Positions 26,730 to 39,684 of a DNA stretch of 64,000 bases are shown piece by piece (the stretch's first letter is position 1; every line of letters begins with the position of its first letter). The notes below the pieces were generated by a model, which saw only the letters and a list, made by a program, of their open reading frames with translations, was not told where the DNA came from and did no database searches. This DNA comes from Malacoraja senta. Its lineage: Eukaryota. The stretch is taken from the NCBI GenBank assembly GCA_038087875.1, contig CM075992.1:5086001-5150000 (forward strand), read 5' to 3'. Both the position numbers and the translations under genes were made by a program.

Positions 26730-27000
26730 GTGAGTGAAGAAATTCCAGATCTTGTACAAACACACAGCTGGAAAACACAGTGGGACGGAACATGAGGTAC
26801 ATCTGTAAAAATTAAAGGTTAATCTGAAAGGAAAAAAACCCCAACTGCTGGAAACGCTCAGCAGGCCAGGCAGCATCTGTGGAGTTAGACACTGAGGTAA
26901 CATTTCATGTCTGAGATATTTTGTTAAAACAGGGGATCTGAAGAAGGCTCTCGACCCAAAACGTTACCTCTCCATTGATGCTGCCTGTCCTGCTGAGTTA

Positions 27001-27297
27001 AGCCCCTGTCCTACTTTCCCGAGTTACTCACGAATTCTCCCGCGTTTTCCCCTTGATTCAAACTCGGAGAATGTCCGTAGTGAGGCCGTAGGAGTCCATA
27101 GATATTTCGTAGCGGCTCGTAATGCCAGCTGTAGGTACTCGGGACATCGGGTAAGTCGGGACGTTTTTTCAGCATGTGGAAAATGTCACGAGTAAAAAAA
27201 AATAGCCCCAAGTACATACGGCTTGCATCTCCGAGTTTGAGTCAAGGGGAAAACTCGGGAGAATTCATGAGAAACTCGGGAAAGTGGGACAGGGGCT
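27001..27297. mobile_element. PIF/Harbinger-like MITE inserted in a Penelope-derived repeat
   Basis: TIR AGCCCCTGTCC(T/C)ACTTTCCCGAGTT. Host gagTTActcc is split. Flanks TTA/TAA. Confidence 0.8.
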
Positions 27298-28689
27298 TAA
27301 CTCCAGCATTTTGTGTCTACTGGGAGGGAGAAACTTCTCTTTCAGCTTTGAGGACTACTTTCAGTCTGAAGTAGGATCCCGACACAAAGCAATTCATAAC
27401 TGGTATTAAAGATAGACATAAAATGCTGGAGTAACTCAGCGGGTCAGGCAGCTTCTCTGGGAAAAAAAGAATAGGTAATGTTGCGGGTCGGAACCGTTCT
27501 TCAGTCTGAAGGGATCCCACCCGAAATACCACCTATTCCCTTTCTCCAGAGATGCTGACTGACCCGATGAGTTCCTCCAGCATTTTGTGTCTATCTTTGG
27601 TTTCAACCTCCGTAAGTTCATTAGTTATAGGAGCAGAAATAGGCTATTCGGCCCATCAAGGCTACTCCGCCATTCAATCATGGCTGATCTATCTTTTCCC
27701 CGCAACCCCATTCTCCTGCCTTCTCCCCATAGCCCCTGACACCCGTACTAATCAAGAATCTGTCAATCCCTGCCTTAAACATATCCATTGACTTGGCCTT
27801 CACAGCCGTCTGTGGCAATGAATTCGATCGATTCACCACCCTCTGGCTAAAGAAATTCCTCCTCATCTCCTTCCTAAAGGTACGCCCTTTAATTCTGAGG
27901 CTGTGGCCTCTGGTCCTAAACTCTCGCACTAGTGGAAACATCCTCTCCACATCCACTCTATGCAGTCCTTTCACTATTCGGTAAGAGCATCTGCGGTTCC
28001 TTCCTACACAATAGACAGTAGGTGCAGGAGTAGGTCATTCGGCCCTTCGAGCACATATCTGGTATTCACCACTGCAGTTGTGGGAAGATCAGAGAAGCGT
28101 ATTTGAGAGTGTGAAGGGAGATTGTTGAAGATGGACACAAAATGTTGGAGTAACTCAGTGGGACAGGCAGCATCTCTGGAGAGAAGGAATGGGTGATGTT
28201 TCGGGTCGAGACCCTTCTTCAGACTTGTGGAAGAGTCTATTTGGGAACCTCTGCTGTGTTATTGGTGCAGTGTAATATAGTGTGGCTTGATAACCAGTGA
28301 TGAATTGGAAACTGTTCATGTATCCTGCAGCATTATAATCTATGGGGTCTAAAGAGCAGTTTGGATGCTTTGCACATGGTCTTTATTTAAATTGGCAGAT
28401 ATCTGAAAATGAATTACCAGCAGGAATAAAATTGATGGTTTTGGGTATTCTCTGAATGAATACAGTAGTAGTTATCTGGAATTGAATGTAATAATGGATG
28501 TGACTTGCATACTCATAACTGATGTTTAACTGGTGTGGGTTTTTGCTCTCGGTGGCTTATGGCGGTCAACTGAAAAGTAGAATTGAATTACAGTTCGGAG
28601 TCGGCACCTGGTGTCTGTTAGTGCGCACTGATTTAATTTTTCAGGGGAGTTTGTGTTCACTGCCTGGCTGCCTCTGCGCCAGCTGTCCA

Positions 28690-29125
28690 TCCAAGTGAGA
28701 CCAAGCGTAGGCTTGGCGATCGTTTCGCCGAACACCTCCGCTCGGTCTGCATTAACCAACCTGATCTCCCGGTGGCTCAGCACTTCAACTCCCCCCTCCC
28801 ATTCCGTATCCGACCTTTCTGCCCTGGGTCTCCTCCCTGGTCAGAGCGAGCAACACCGTAAATTGGAGGAACAGCACCTCATATTCCACTTGGGGAGGCT
28901 GCATCCCGGTGACCTGAACATTGAATTCTCACAATTCTGTTAGGCTGTCTCCTCCCCTTCCTACCTCTCCCTCAACCTTCGGGCTCCTCCTCCTCCTTTT
29001 TCCTTTCTTCTCCCCACACCCCCCATCAGTCTGAAGAAGAGTTTGGGCCCGAAACGTTGCCAATTTCCTTCGCTCCATAGATGCTGCTGCACCCGCTGAG
29101 TTTCTCCGGCATTTTTGTGTACCAT
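28690..29125 (+). mobile_element. Penelope-like element 3' end: decayed GIY-YIG plus terminal repeat with hammerhead-like core
   Basis: ..RKLEEQHLIFHLGRLHPGDLNIEFSQFC* (ends 28943), then CTGAAGA..GAAACGTT at 29031-29058. Confidence 0.8.
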
Positions 29126-29232
29126 CCAAGTGGCTCTCTCTGTCTCCCTGATACCTGCCCACAATCACACAGGCAGATTTGTGTCATAGAGTGATACAGC
29201 GTGGAAACAGGCCCTTCAGCCCAACTTGCCCA

Positions 29233-29432
29233 NNNNNNNNNNNNNNNNNNNNNNNNNNNNNNNNNNNNNNNNNNNNNNNNNNNNNNNNNNNNNNNNNNNN
29301 NNNNNNNNNNNNNNNNNNNNNNNNNNNNNNNNNNNNNNNNNNNNNNNNNNNNNNNNNNNNNNNNNNNNNNNNNNNNNNNNNNNNNNNNNNNNNNNNNNNN
29401 NNNNNNNNNNNNNNNNNNNNNNNNNNNNNNNN
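29233..29432. other. Assembly gap, exactly 200 N
   Basis: Seen directly. The round length suggests a scaffolding placeholder. Both flanks are repeats. Confidence 0.99.
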
Positions 29433-30205
29433 TGCTGCTGCACCCGCTGAGTTTCTCCAGCATTTTTGTGTACCTTCGATTTTCCAGCATCTGCAGTTCC
29501 TTCTTTAACAACTTCTAATCTTGTGTGTGGACTCGACAAGAAGAAGAAGGTCATACTACAATCATGTACTAATCATACTACATGGGTGCAGCGGTGGAGT
29601 TGCTGCCTTACAGCGCCAGAGACCCGGGTTCGATCCCGACTACGGGCGCTGTGTGTACGGAGTTTGTACCTTCTCCCCGTGACCTGCGTGGGTTTTCTCC
29701 GAGATCTTCGGTTTCCCCCCACACTCCAGAGACGTACAGGTTTGTGGGTTAATTGGCTTGTTAAATGTAAAACAATTGCCCCTAGGAAGGATAGTGTAGG
29801 ATCGTGTTAAGAAAGTAAGTACGTTTATTGGCCAAGTATTCACATACAAGGAATTTGCCTTGGTGCCTTAATGTGCGGGGATCGCTGGTCGGTGAATGCA
29901 CAAACTCCGTACAGAAAGCACCCATAGTCGGGATCGAACCCGGGTATCCGCACTGCCTTACAATACAATACAATACCTTTTATTATCATTTGAACCTCAA
30001 ATGAAGTTCAAACGAAATTTGGTTTCCGCAGTCATACAACAAGAAAAGAACCAGCAACTCGACCGCTGCACCACCCAACATTAGTTTTATGACTGCTGGC
30101 AGATCAATTTTACCACCTGGGATGAATAAAGTTCTATCGTATTTGTATCGTATGGTAACCGTGCAGAAGAACGGAGGGACGGGGTCAGAGAACGGGGGGA
30201 CTCAC

Positions 30206-30360
30206 ATTTCTGGGGAGCTGGTCCTCCAGCTCTTGTCCCTGGTGCCGAGGGGGTTGAGAGCTTCGCCCTTCTCGTCCTTGTGCTTGTTGAGGTTGCGTCG
30301 GGTGACCACAGGGGCCTTCTGCTCCTCGTGCTGGGTCAGACGTTCCATACTGCTGTAGAC
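30206..30360 (-). CDS. MAST1: MAST1-like exon VYSSMERLTQHEEQK...RDKSWRTSSPE; last exon before the gap, 3' part of the gene (PDZ, tail) absent
   Basis: tggcag acceptor, AT|GTGAGT donor, 155 nt. Resembles recalled MAST1 VYSSMEQLSQHE...WRGGSPE. Confidence 0.88.
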
Positions 30361-33084
30361 CTGCCAACCGCACAGCCGGCGTTAGTGCAGAGACCACGCA
30401 GCCCACTCTCACCCCATCCACCCCCACCCTCCACCCCTCCCTCCCCCCGTGCACTTGGGTGGAGAATCAAGCAAGGGTTGATAGCAGAACAACAACTCCA
30501 AAGCTAAACTATAGAATCGAGTCGAAACTAAAGAACTGAAGATGCTGGTTAATACACACAAGGACACAAAGTGCTGGAGTAGCTCAGCGGGTCAGGTAGC
30601 ATCTCTGGAGAATATGTGTTAGGAAGGAACTGCAGATGCTGGTTTAAACCAAAGATAGACACAAAATGCTGGAGTAACTCAGCCGGGGACAGGCACCATC
30701 TCTGGAGAGAATGAATAGGTGACGTTTCAGATCGATCCCCATCTTCCGAAGAAGACCCTTGTTCAGAAGAAGGGTCTCAACCCGAAGCGTCACGTATTCC
30801 TTTTCTCCAGAGATGCTGCCTGACCCGCTGAGTTACTCCAGCGTTTTGTGTCCATCTCTGGAGAACGTGGATAGGTCTTGACTGTGTTCATCTATTACCT
30901 TCCACGCTTTGTTCTGCCCCTCCCCTTTTCCAGCTTTCTTTCTCCCCCCCCCCTCCCCACAACCCCCCATAATCAGTCTGAAGAAGAGTCTTGACCGATC
31001 CATGTTCCCCAGAGACGCTGCCTGACATGCTGATATACTCCAGCACATTGTGTCCTTCTAGCTACAGGTTCCAGAGGTCTAGAGGTGCAGTGGCCTAGCA
31101 GAGAATAAAACGGACCATAGACCCACAGATATATGGGCGACCCAGTGACACTTGTGGTGGAGCTACTGCCTTATTGCTCCGGAGACCCGGGTTCGATCCT
31201 GACCTTGGGCGCTGTCTGTGTGGAGTTTGCACATTCCCCCTGTCGGTTGCCTCCAGGGCTGATGTTTGTCAGTTTGAAGAAGCGTCCCGACCCGAAACGT
31301 CACCTATCCATGTTCTCCAGAGATGCTGCCTGATCCGCTGTTACTCCAGCGCTCTGTGTCCTTTTAAAGCGGTTATGGGAATGTGCTGTGGGTAAACTGG
31401 CTGCTCAGTTACCTCTATGGCAAGAGTGACTCTGATTTCACAAGGGAGCGACTGCCTGTGCATCACGGAAGCCTAGAGGTTGAGAAAGGCTCTTTGCGAG
31501 TGCAATGCTCCCCTCCGGAGGGACATTTTCCCTCCCACTCCTGATGCAGGAGAGTAGTTTTGGGATGTGTAGGAAGGAACTGCAGATGCTGGTTTACACC
31601 GAAGATAGACACAAAATGCTGGAGTAACTCAGCGGGACAGGCAGCATCTCTGGAGAGAAGGAATGGGTGACGTTTCGGGTCGAGACCCTTCTTCAGACAT
31701 CTTCTTCTCAAGAAAAGACTCGACCCAAAACGTCAACAAGTTATATTTGGTTGGAGTCAGGATAGGCAGAGCAAAGCTGTGGAAACATTGCCAGTGGGCT
31801 CCTCCTGAGGTTACACAGGGCATGTGGAGGAGCAGCACTACAACCTTCGACCTGCAGGTGTCACTGCATGCTCACAACCCAGCTGAGAGGAATGGTGGTC
31901 TATGAATGTAGTACAGTAATACAGTGGCTATAGTGAAGGCCTGGGGAATTATCTAGATGGGATGGATGTTTAGTTGAGAGATACAGCATGGAAACAGGCC
32001 CTTCGGCCCACGCCGACCTTGGGTCGCCCAATCGCACTAGCTCTATGTTACCCCATTTTCGCATCCTCTCCCAACACACAAGCGGCAATCTATAGAGGCC
32101 AATTAATCTACAAACTTTAGGAGGAAACCGGAGAAAACCCACGTGGGAGAACGTATAATATCCGTGTAGATGGCACCCGAGGTCAGGATCGGGCCACACA
32201 CTCATCTCCCCGCTACCTTCAGGTAGAAGGTACAGGAGCCTGAAGACTGCAACGTCCAGGTTCAGAAATAGGTGCTTCCCCACAGCCATCAGGCTATTAA
32301 ACTCAACTCAAGCAAAACTGAACATTAATAGCCCATTATCTGTTTATTTGCACTTTATCAGTTTATTTATTCATGTGTGTATATATTTATACAATGGTAT
32401 ATGGACACACTGATCTGTTCTGTATTCATGCCTACTATATTCTGTTGTGCTGAAGCAAAGCAAGAATTTCATTGTCCTATCTGGGACACATGACAATAAA
32501 CTCTCTTGAATCTTGATTGAACCCGGGACTCTGGCGCTGTGAGGCAGCAACTCTACCGTTGCGCCACTGTGCCGCCATTGTGGCGCATCAGTTCCAGAGA
32601 CAAAGTCCAATGTCCTCAATAGGGTAGAGGTGAATGGGACAGTACCCGAGCTTATGGAAGGGCTGTTCAGAAGCTGATGAAAGAGGGGAAGAAGCTGTTC
32701 CCGAGTCTGGCGGTGTGTGCTTTCAAACGTCTGTTCCATGAGGACTCGCTGAAGCTTGGTGCAGCCAATGCCAAGGCTCCGTGGGGGAGGACTGCAGTCT
32801 AGGGTCCCTCTACTGAGGGATACTGCGGGGCAGAGTCCAGTGGGGACACTCGGCAAACAAGGGAAGGGATATCACCGCAGGGAGCCACAAGAGTGGCAAG
32901 GATGATTGGTTTAAGGAAGGTGTGAAAACTATCGAATGTAACACTAACAAAGATATAGATGACGAGAATGTCTGAAGAGGTTTTGTTTTGCGTTATTCTT
33001 ATTTTGTATGTATTTTTATTCTGAATTAAGTTTATTTTGGGGGGGAAAATGAAGTGAAAAACGTTTTATGTGCTATCTAGGTAA

Positions 33085-33396
33085 CGGCGGTCATGGTGGG
33101 GCAGCGGTAGAGTTGCTGCCTTGCAGCGAATGCAGCGCTGGAGACCTGGGTTCGATCCTGACTACGGGTGCTGTCTGTACGGAGTTTGTACGTTCTCCCC
33201 GTGACCTGCGTGGGTTTTCTCCGAGATCTTCGGTTTCCTCCCACACTCCAAAGACGTACAGGTTTGTAGGTTAATTGGCTCGGTGAATGTAAAAAATTGT
33301 CCCTGGTGTGTGTAGGGTAGTGTTGGTGTGCGGGGATCGCTGGTCGGCGTGGACCCGGTGGGCCGAAGGGCCTGTTTCCGTGCTGTATCTCTAAAC
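33085..33396 (+). mobile_element. V-SINE (HE1-like)
   Basis: Full head, V-domain and tail layout, as in 16797-17110. Confidence 0.85.
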
Positions 33397-34417
33397 TCAT
33401 ACCATAGAGAGCGGACACAAGGAACTGTTGATGCTACTTTCCAAAAAAAGACACAAAGTGCTGGAGTAACTCAGCAGGTCAAAGCAGCATCCCGGGAGAA
33501 CTGGGCAGCAACTCTGGAGAAGGTGACATTTCGGGTTGCGACCAGATTTTTAAAATCGTACCATACATGAGTACAATTATACTCTACACAAGCACAACAA
33601 AAGGAATCAGACGGCAGATAATAGTGTTACAGCTACAGAAAAAAGCGCAGGTGGAAAAAAGTGCAAGGGCGACAACGGGGTAGGTTGGAAGATCGGGAAT
33701 TCATCCTTTGTTTATGAGGTCCATTCAAGAGTCTCCTCTCAAAAGTTGCTTCAGTTTTCTCCACAGCCCAAGGATGTGCAAGTTGGTACAGTAATTGTTG
33801 GCTGTAATTCACCCCAAGGGCACATAGTTAATAGAATTGATGTGAGAAAATTATTGAAGGAATGGGCGGGCTCTGTGAGGCAGCATAGAATTGATGGGCC
33901 GAATGGTCTCCGATGTCGAATCGGGAAAGGCTTTGCTAAAGTGGACGTGGAGAGGATGTTTCCACTAGTGTGGGAGAATCTAGGACCAGAGGTCATAGCC
34001 TCAGAATTAATGGACGTTCCTTTAGGAAGATGAGGGGGAATTTCTTCAGTCAGAGGGTGGTGAATCTGTGGAATTCTTTGCCACAGAAGGCTGTGGAGGC
34101 CAAGTCAATGGATATTTTTAAGGCAAGAGATAGATAGATTCTTGATTAGTACCTGTGTCAGGGGGTTATGGGGAGAAGGCAGGAGAATGGGGTTAGGAGG
34201 GAAAGATAGATCCGCCATGACTGAGTAGACTTGATGGGCCGAATGGCCTAATTCTGCACCTATCACTTGTGAACGTGAACTTATAAGAAAATATGGGAGT
34301 AGGGAGTACCAACGCTCCACTCACCTACCACTGCGCAAGTCTGGTCCCAACTCCTGGGTGCTTATGGGGAAGGGATGGGGGTGGGGGAGGTTTTGGGGTT
34401 TAATCTTTGTGAAATAC

Positions 34418-34527
34418 CTTTATAAAGCGGGGGGAGCAGGAGGAAAACTGGCGAATTTCTACGGGTTCATCTTCATTGGTGTCGTCATCATCGTAGGAGT
34501 TCACATGGTGATATCGATCAGAGCGAG
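34418..34527 (-). CDS. MAST1: MAST1-like exon (T)[36 protein letters not shown]
   Basis: atgtag acceptor after a long CT tract, AAG|GTATTT donor, 110 nt. [11 protein letters not shown] and [15 protein letters not shown] match recalled MAST1. Confidence 0.92.
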
Positions 34528-34544
34528 CTACATGGGCAGCAGTT

Positions 34545-34575
<31 letters not shown>

Positions 34576-35683
34576 AATAAAGAGAGGTTAGAGAGAGGGG
34601 GAGAGGGAGAGGGGTAGCGGGAGAGATAATGAGGAAAGAGCAGGGATGGAGAGGTGAGAGAAAGAGAGGTGGGGACAGTGAGAGGGAAAGTGGGGGAGGA
34701 GATAGCGAGGGAAAACAGATCAAGAGAGGAAAGAGCAGGGATGGAGAGAAGATAAGGAAAGAGAGGTTAGAGAGAGAGGAGACAGTGAGGGATAGTACAA
34801 TGCAGCACAGAACGTCACCGGACATCCTTTTCCCCTGCGGCTATCAAACTGTAGTTCGCCCCTTTCTGTCGTGGGGTAGACTGACCCCCCCCCCCCCAAC
34901 CGCCCTCCCCAATCTTTGCACATCCCCAATCCTGGACTTTCCACTCGTCACTTTAATTTCATGATGAGTCTTGGCAGAGCAAATTCCCTCCTGGGATAAA
35001 TAAAGTTCTACCGTATCACATCGTAAGGGAAAACAGATCAAGAGAGAAAAGAGCAGTGGTGGAGGCTAGAGGGTAGGAGATAGAGGAAATGGAGATAGGG
35101 AGGAAATAGAGCATTATCGGGAGAAGGGAGAGAGGCAGGAAGTGTAGAGAGAGGAGATAAGGAGGGAGAAAAGTAGGAGGGAACGGAAGAGGGGAAGACT
35201 GGGATGAGGGAGAGCTGATCGCAAGACGGGGAATGGAGAGAAGGAGGAAGAGAGCAGAGAGACTGAGTGGAGAAAGAAAGAGAAAGAGAAGATGAGATAG
35301 GATAGAGGCAAAATCAGTTGGGGTGAAGTTCCATCATTCTCTTCCCATTGACCCACCCATGGTTTCCAGATTATGTTCTCTCAACTAGAGTCCTCTCAAT
35401 CGTGCTCCATCGCCCCCCTGTCTGTCTCCAGGCGCCCGGCACATGCTGGGGGGGTTTTACGAGGAGTGGTGATGGCCAGATCCTCTGCCCCACCTCCCTG
35501 CCCCAAAGGGGCAGCACCGCACCAGTGCCCTGAATCAGTGCCGGTAGTCCACGGCCCCAGGCGCTAATGGATCTCACAACGTCAAAAGGCTTCCTGAGAG
35601 GATGGAGGCTGCTATTGCCTGGCCTTCTCTTCCTCCATCTCCACTTCTATCCCCTCCCCTCTGTCCGTGGAAAAGATACTTGC

Positions 35684-35806
35684 TGTCAAAGTAGCTGGTG
35701 TCTTCCTCGGACTCCAGGTGTGGGATGAATTCTGCCTTCTGCCGCAGCAGGCTATTCCAGTCCAGATCTTTGAAGAAACTGTGTTGCTTTACCTCGTAGG
35801 TGCCGC
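35684..35806 (-). CDS. MAST1: MAST1-like exon (G)[44 protein letters not shown]-terminal region
   Basis: ctctag acceptor, 123 nt. The frame requires a non-canonical GCAAGT donor. Confidence 0.9.
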
Positions 35807-35967
35807 CTAGAGAGATAGAAAGATAGAGAGAGAGAGAGAGAGAGAGGACAGAGCAGAGTTTAGTTTAAGAAGATGGGCACAAAATGCAGACTCGATCAGG
35901 CTAGATGCAGGAAAAATGTTCCCCATGTTGGGGCAGTCCAGAACCAGGGGTCGCAGTTGAAGAATAA

Positions 35968-36194
35968 ATGGCCTGTCCCACTTTCACGACCTAATTCACA
36001 ACCTTATTTTACTCGTGGACATTTATCATCATGTTGAAAAAACGCCCCGACCTACTTGAGGCCACGAGTATCTACGACTAGCATCACGGCCTGCTATGAC
36101 CTCCTACGACCTCGTGACGACCATGCTGCGAGTATGAGTCAAGGGCAAACTCGGCAGAGGTCGTGAATTAGGTCGTGAAAGTGGGACAGGCCCT
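35968..36194. mobile_element. PIF/Harbinger-like MITE inserted in a CR1 fragment
   Basis: TIR ..GGCCTGTCCCACTTTCACGACCTAATT. Same interior as 36500-36734 and 39448-39684. Confidence 0.8.
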
Positions 36195-36499
36195 TTCGGG
36201 GAAGGCCATTTAGGACTGAGATGAGGAAAAACCTTTTCACCCAGAGAGTTGTGAATCTGTGGAATTCTCAGCCACAGAAGGCAGTGGAGGCCCTTCTTCA
36301 ATTTAAAGAGGCCAATTAACCTACCAATCCGCGCGTCATTTTGGGGCGTGAGATGAAACCGGAGCATCTTAATGAAACGTACGCGGTCACAGGGAGAACG
36401 TGCAAACTCCAAGCAGACAGCGATTGAGGTCAGGATCGAACCTGGGTCTCTGGCGCTGTGAGGGAGTGGCTCTGCCAGCTATGCCGCTGTGCCACCTTA

Positions 36500-36734
36500 A
36501 GGGCCTGTCCCACTTTCACGACCTTTTTTACTCGTGGACATTTTTCATCATGTTGAAAAAACGCCCCGACCTACTTGATGCCACGAGTACCTACGACTAG
36601 CATCACGGCCTGCTACGACCTACCCATGACCTCCAACGACCTCCTACGACCTCATGACGACCATGCTGCGAGTATGAGTCAAGGGCAAACTCGGCAGAGG
36701 TCGTGAATTAGGACGTGAAAGTGGGACAGGCTCT
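36500..36734. mobile_element. PIF/Harbinger-like MITE
   Basis: 14-bp TIR, TTA/TTA duplication. Confidence 0.82.
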
Positions 36735-37797
36735 TTACTTGGGTATCAAGAGGTCCTGAGGATGAGCAGAGTTGTGACAGCAGTCCAACTCCTCACCTCA
36801 AGAAATAAACCATGGTGATTAAAATGGAGGAACCTTGATGTTCATCACCTCTCGGAGACCGGCCCATGCACGCTTCTTGTCATCGTTCGTTAAATGCGCG
36901 GTTTATTGCAACAGGCAGAGTGTAATCTGCACAACTTCTCCACGATTAATTCAGAATGTTATAAATAGAACTTGCTAGTTCCCACTCATGCATTAGCCTT
37001 TCAAATCTGAAACGTGGCAGGGACACACTTATTGCCTGCTTGCATCACGGCCCGGTTCGGCAGCTCGAATGCCCAGGAACGAAGGAGATTACAAGCCGTG
37101 GTGAACACTGCCCAGTCCATCACAGGCACTGACCTCCCCACCGTCGAAGGGATTTGCAGAACTTGCTGCCTCAAAAAGGCAGCCAGCATCATTAGAGACC
37201 CACAACACCCTGGCCACACACTCATTTCACCCCTGCCATCGGGCAGAAGGTACAGGAACCTGAAAACTGTCACGTCCAGGTTCAGGAACAGATTCTTCCC
37301 AACAGCCATCAGGCTATTAAACACTACAACCTCTAAATCAGCTCTAAACTAGACTTAGGGGCATTATTTTTGCCTTTGCACCTTACTATTATTCTCCTGC
37401 TAGTAAGAATGTCATTGTTTCGTTTAGAAACATATGGCAATAAAATACTCTTGACACTTGAATTCAACAATAGTGGGTTCTTTTCCCTGTACTGTCTCAA
37501 GAGTGTCCTCCATATTGGGACTTACTGTAGTCATAGAGTCATACAGCATGGAAACAGGCCCTTTGGCCCAACTAACCGATACCCAACTATCCCCTTTGGC
37601 CCAACACTTAATGTTTTAATTTAAACCATGCTTTGTTGTAAGGTCTCGACCCGAAATGTCACCCACTCCTTCTCTGCAGAGATGCGGCCTGTCCCGCTGA
37701 GTTACTCCAGGGCTTGTCTCTCGATGAATCGATGAGTGGTATAGGGGGAAGGTCCACCTGAACATGTCGAAGGTCATGATCTCACCGACTTGCCTAC

Positions 37798-37899
37798 CTG
37801 TTCCCAGTCGATCCAACGGGTTGGGGTGCAGCAGACTGGAGATAAGGTGCTGGGCATCATCAGGGAGAGCCTCATCTCCATCAGGCCACATAATGTCAT
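37798..37899 (-). CDS. MAST1: MAST1-like kinase exon (D)DIMWPDGDEALP...NPLDRLGT
   Basis: ttgcag acceptor, GTAGGC donor, 102 nt. Confidence 0.93.
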
Positions 37900-38759
37900 C
37901 TGCAAACACAACAAGAGGTTTAACATAAGGACCTGCGGTCCAATAGGCTCCATTGCAAATCGCCTTTTATAAGGTCATAAGTGATAGGAGCAGAATTGAG
38001 CCATTCGGCCCATCAAGTCTACTCAATCATTTAGTTTTTTAGTTTAGAGATATGCGCGGAAATAGGCCCTTCGGCCCACCGATTCTGTGCCAACCAGCGA
38101 TCCCCGCACATTAACACTATCCTACACACTAGGGATTTGATTTAGTCTGAAGAAAGGTGTCGACCCGAAAGTTCACCCATTCCTTCTCTCTAGAGATGCT
38201 GCCTGTCCCGCTGAGTTACTCCAGCATTTTGTGTCTATCTTCGGTTTAAACCGGCATCTGCAGTTCCTTCCTGCAACAATTTTTACATTTATACCAATCC
38301 AATTAACCTACTAACCTGTACGTCTTTGGAGTGCGGGAGGAAACCGGAGATCTCGGAGTAAACCCACGCAGGTCACGGGGAGAACGTACAAACTCCGTAC
38401 AGACAGCACCCGCAGCCAGGATGGAACCGGGGTGTCTGGTGCTGTAAGTGCTGTGAGGCAGCAACTCTAACCCCCCCCCCCCACCCCCAGATCAAGGCTG
38501 ATCTATCTTTCCCTCTTAACCCCATTCTCCTGCCTTCTCCCCATAACCCCTGACACCCGTACTAATCAAGAATCTATCTATCTCTGCCTTAAAAATATCC
38601 ATTGACTTGGCCTCCACAGCCTTGAATAGCAATGAATTCCACATAGCCTCCATAGCAATGAATTCCACAGATTCACTACCCTCTGACTGAAGAAATTCCT
38701 CCTCATCTCCTTCCTGAAGAAAGGTCCTTGAATTCTGAGGCTATTGTGACTTAAAGCTA

Positions 38760-39326
<567 letters not shown>

Positions 39327-39447
39327 TTAGTCTCTGTCTCTTCCCTCCTTGTTCTCCCTCTGCGCTGAGGCGATCGATCCAGGCTGAAGATGCCGCCCTC
39401 CAGGATACCTTGTTATAAACAAGGTATCCACTTCTATAGCTTCCTTA

Positions 39448-39684
39448 AGGGCCTGTCCCACTTTCACCACCTAATTCACAACCTCTGCCGAGTTTGCCCT
39501 TGACTCATACTCGCAGCATGGTCGTCACGAGGTCGGAGGAGGTCGTAGGTAGGTCGTAGCAGGCCGTGATGCTAGTCATAGGTACTCGTGGCATCAAGTA
39601 GGTCGGGGCGTTTTTCTAGCCTGATGAAAAATGTCCACGAGTAAGAAAGGTTGTGAGTTAGGTCATGAAAGTGGGACAGGCCCT
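39448..39684. mobile_element. PIF/Harbinger-like MITE, opposite orientation to the two near 36 kb
   Basis: 14-bp TIR, TTA/TTA duplication. Confidence 0.82.

Noticed and set aside
29026..29554. ORFs spanning poly-X
   Set aside because: Artefacts of the N gap.
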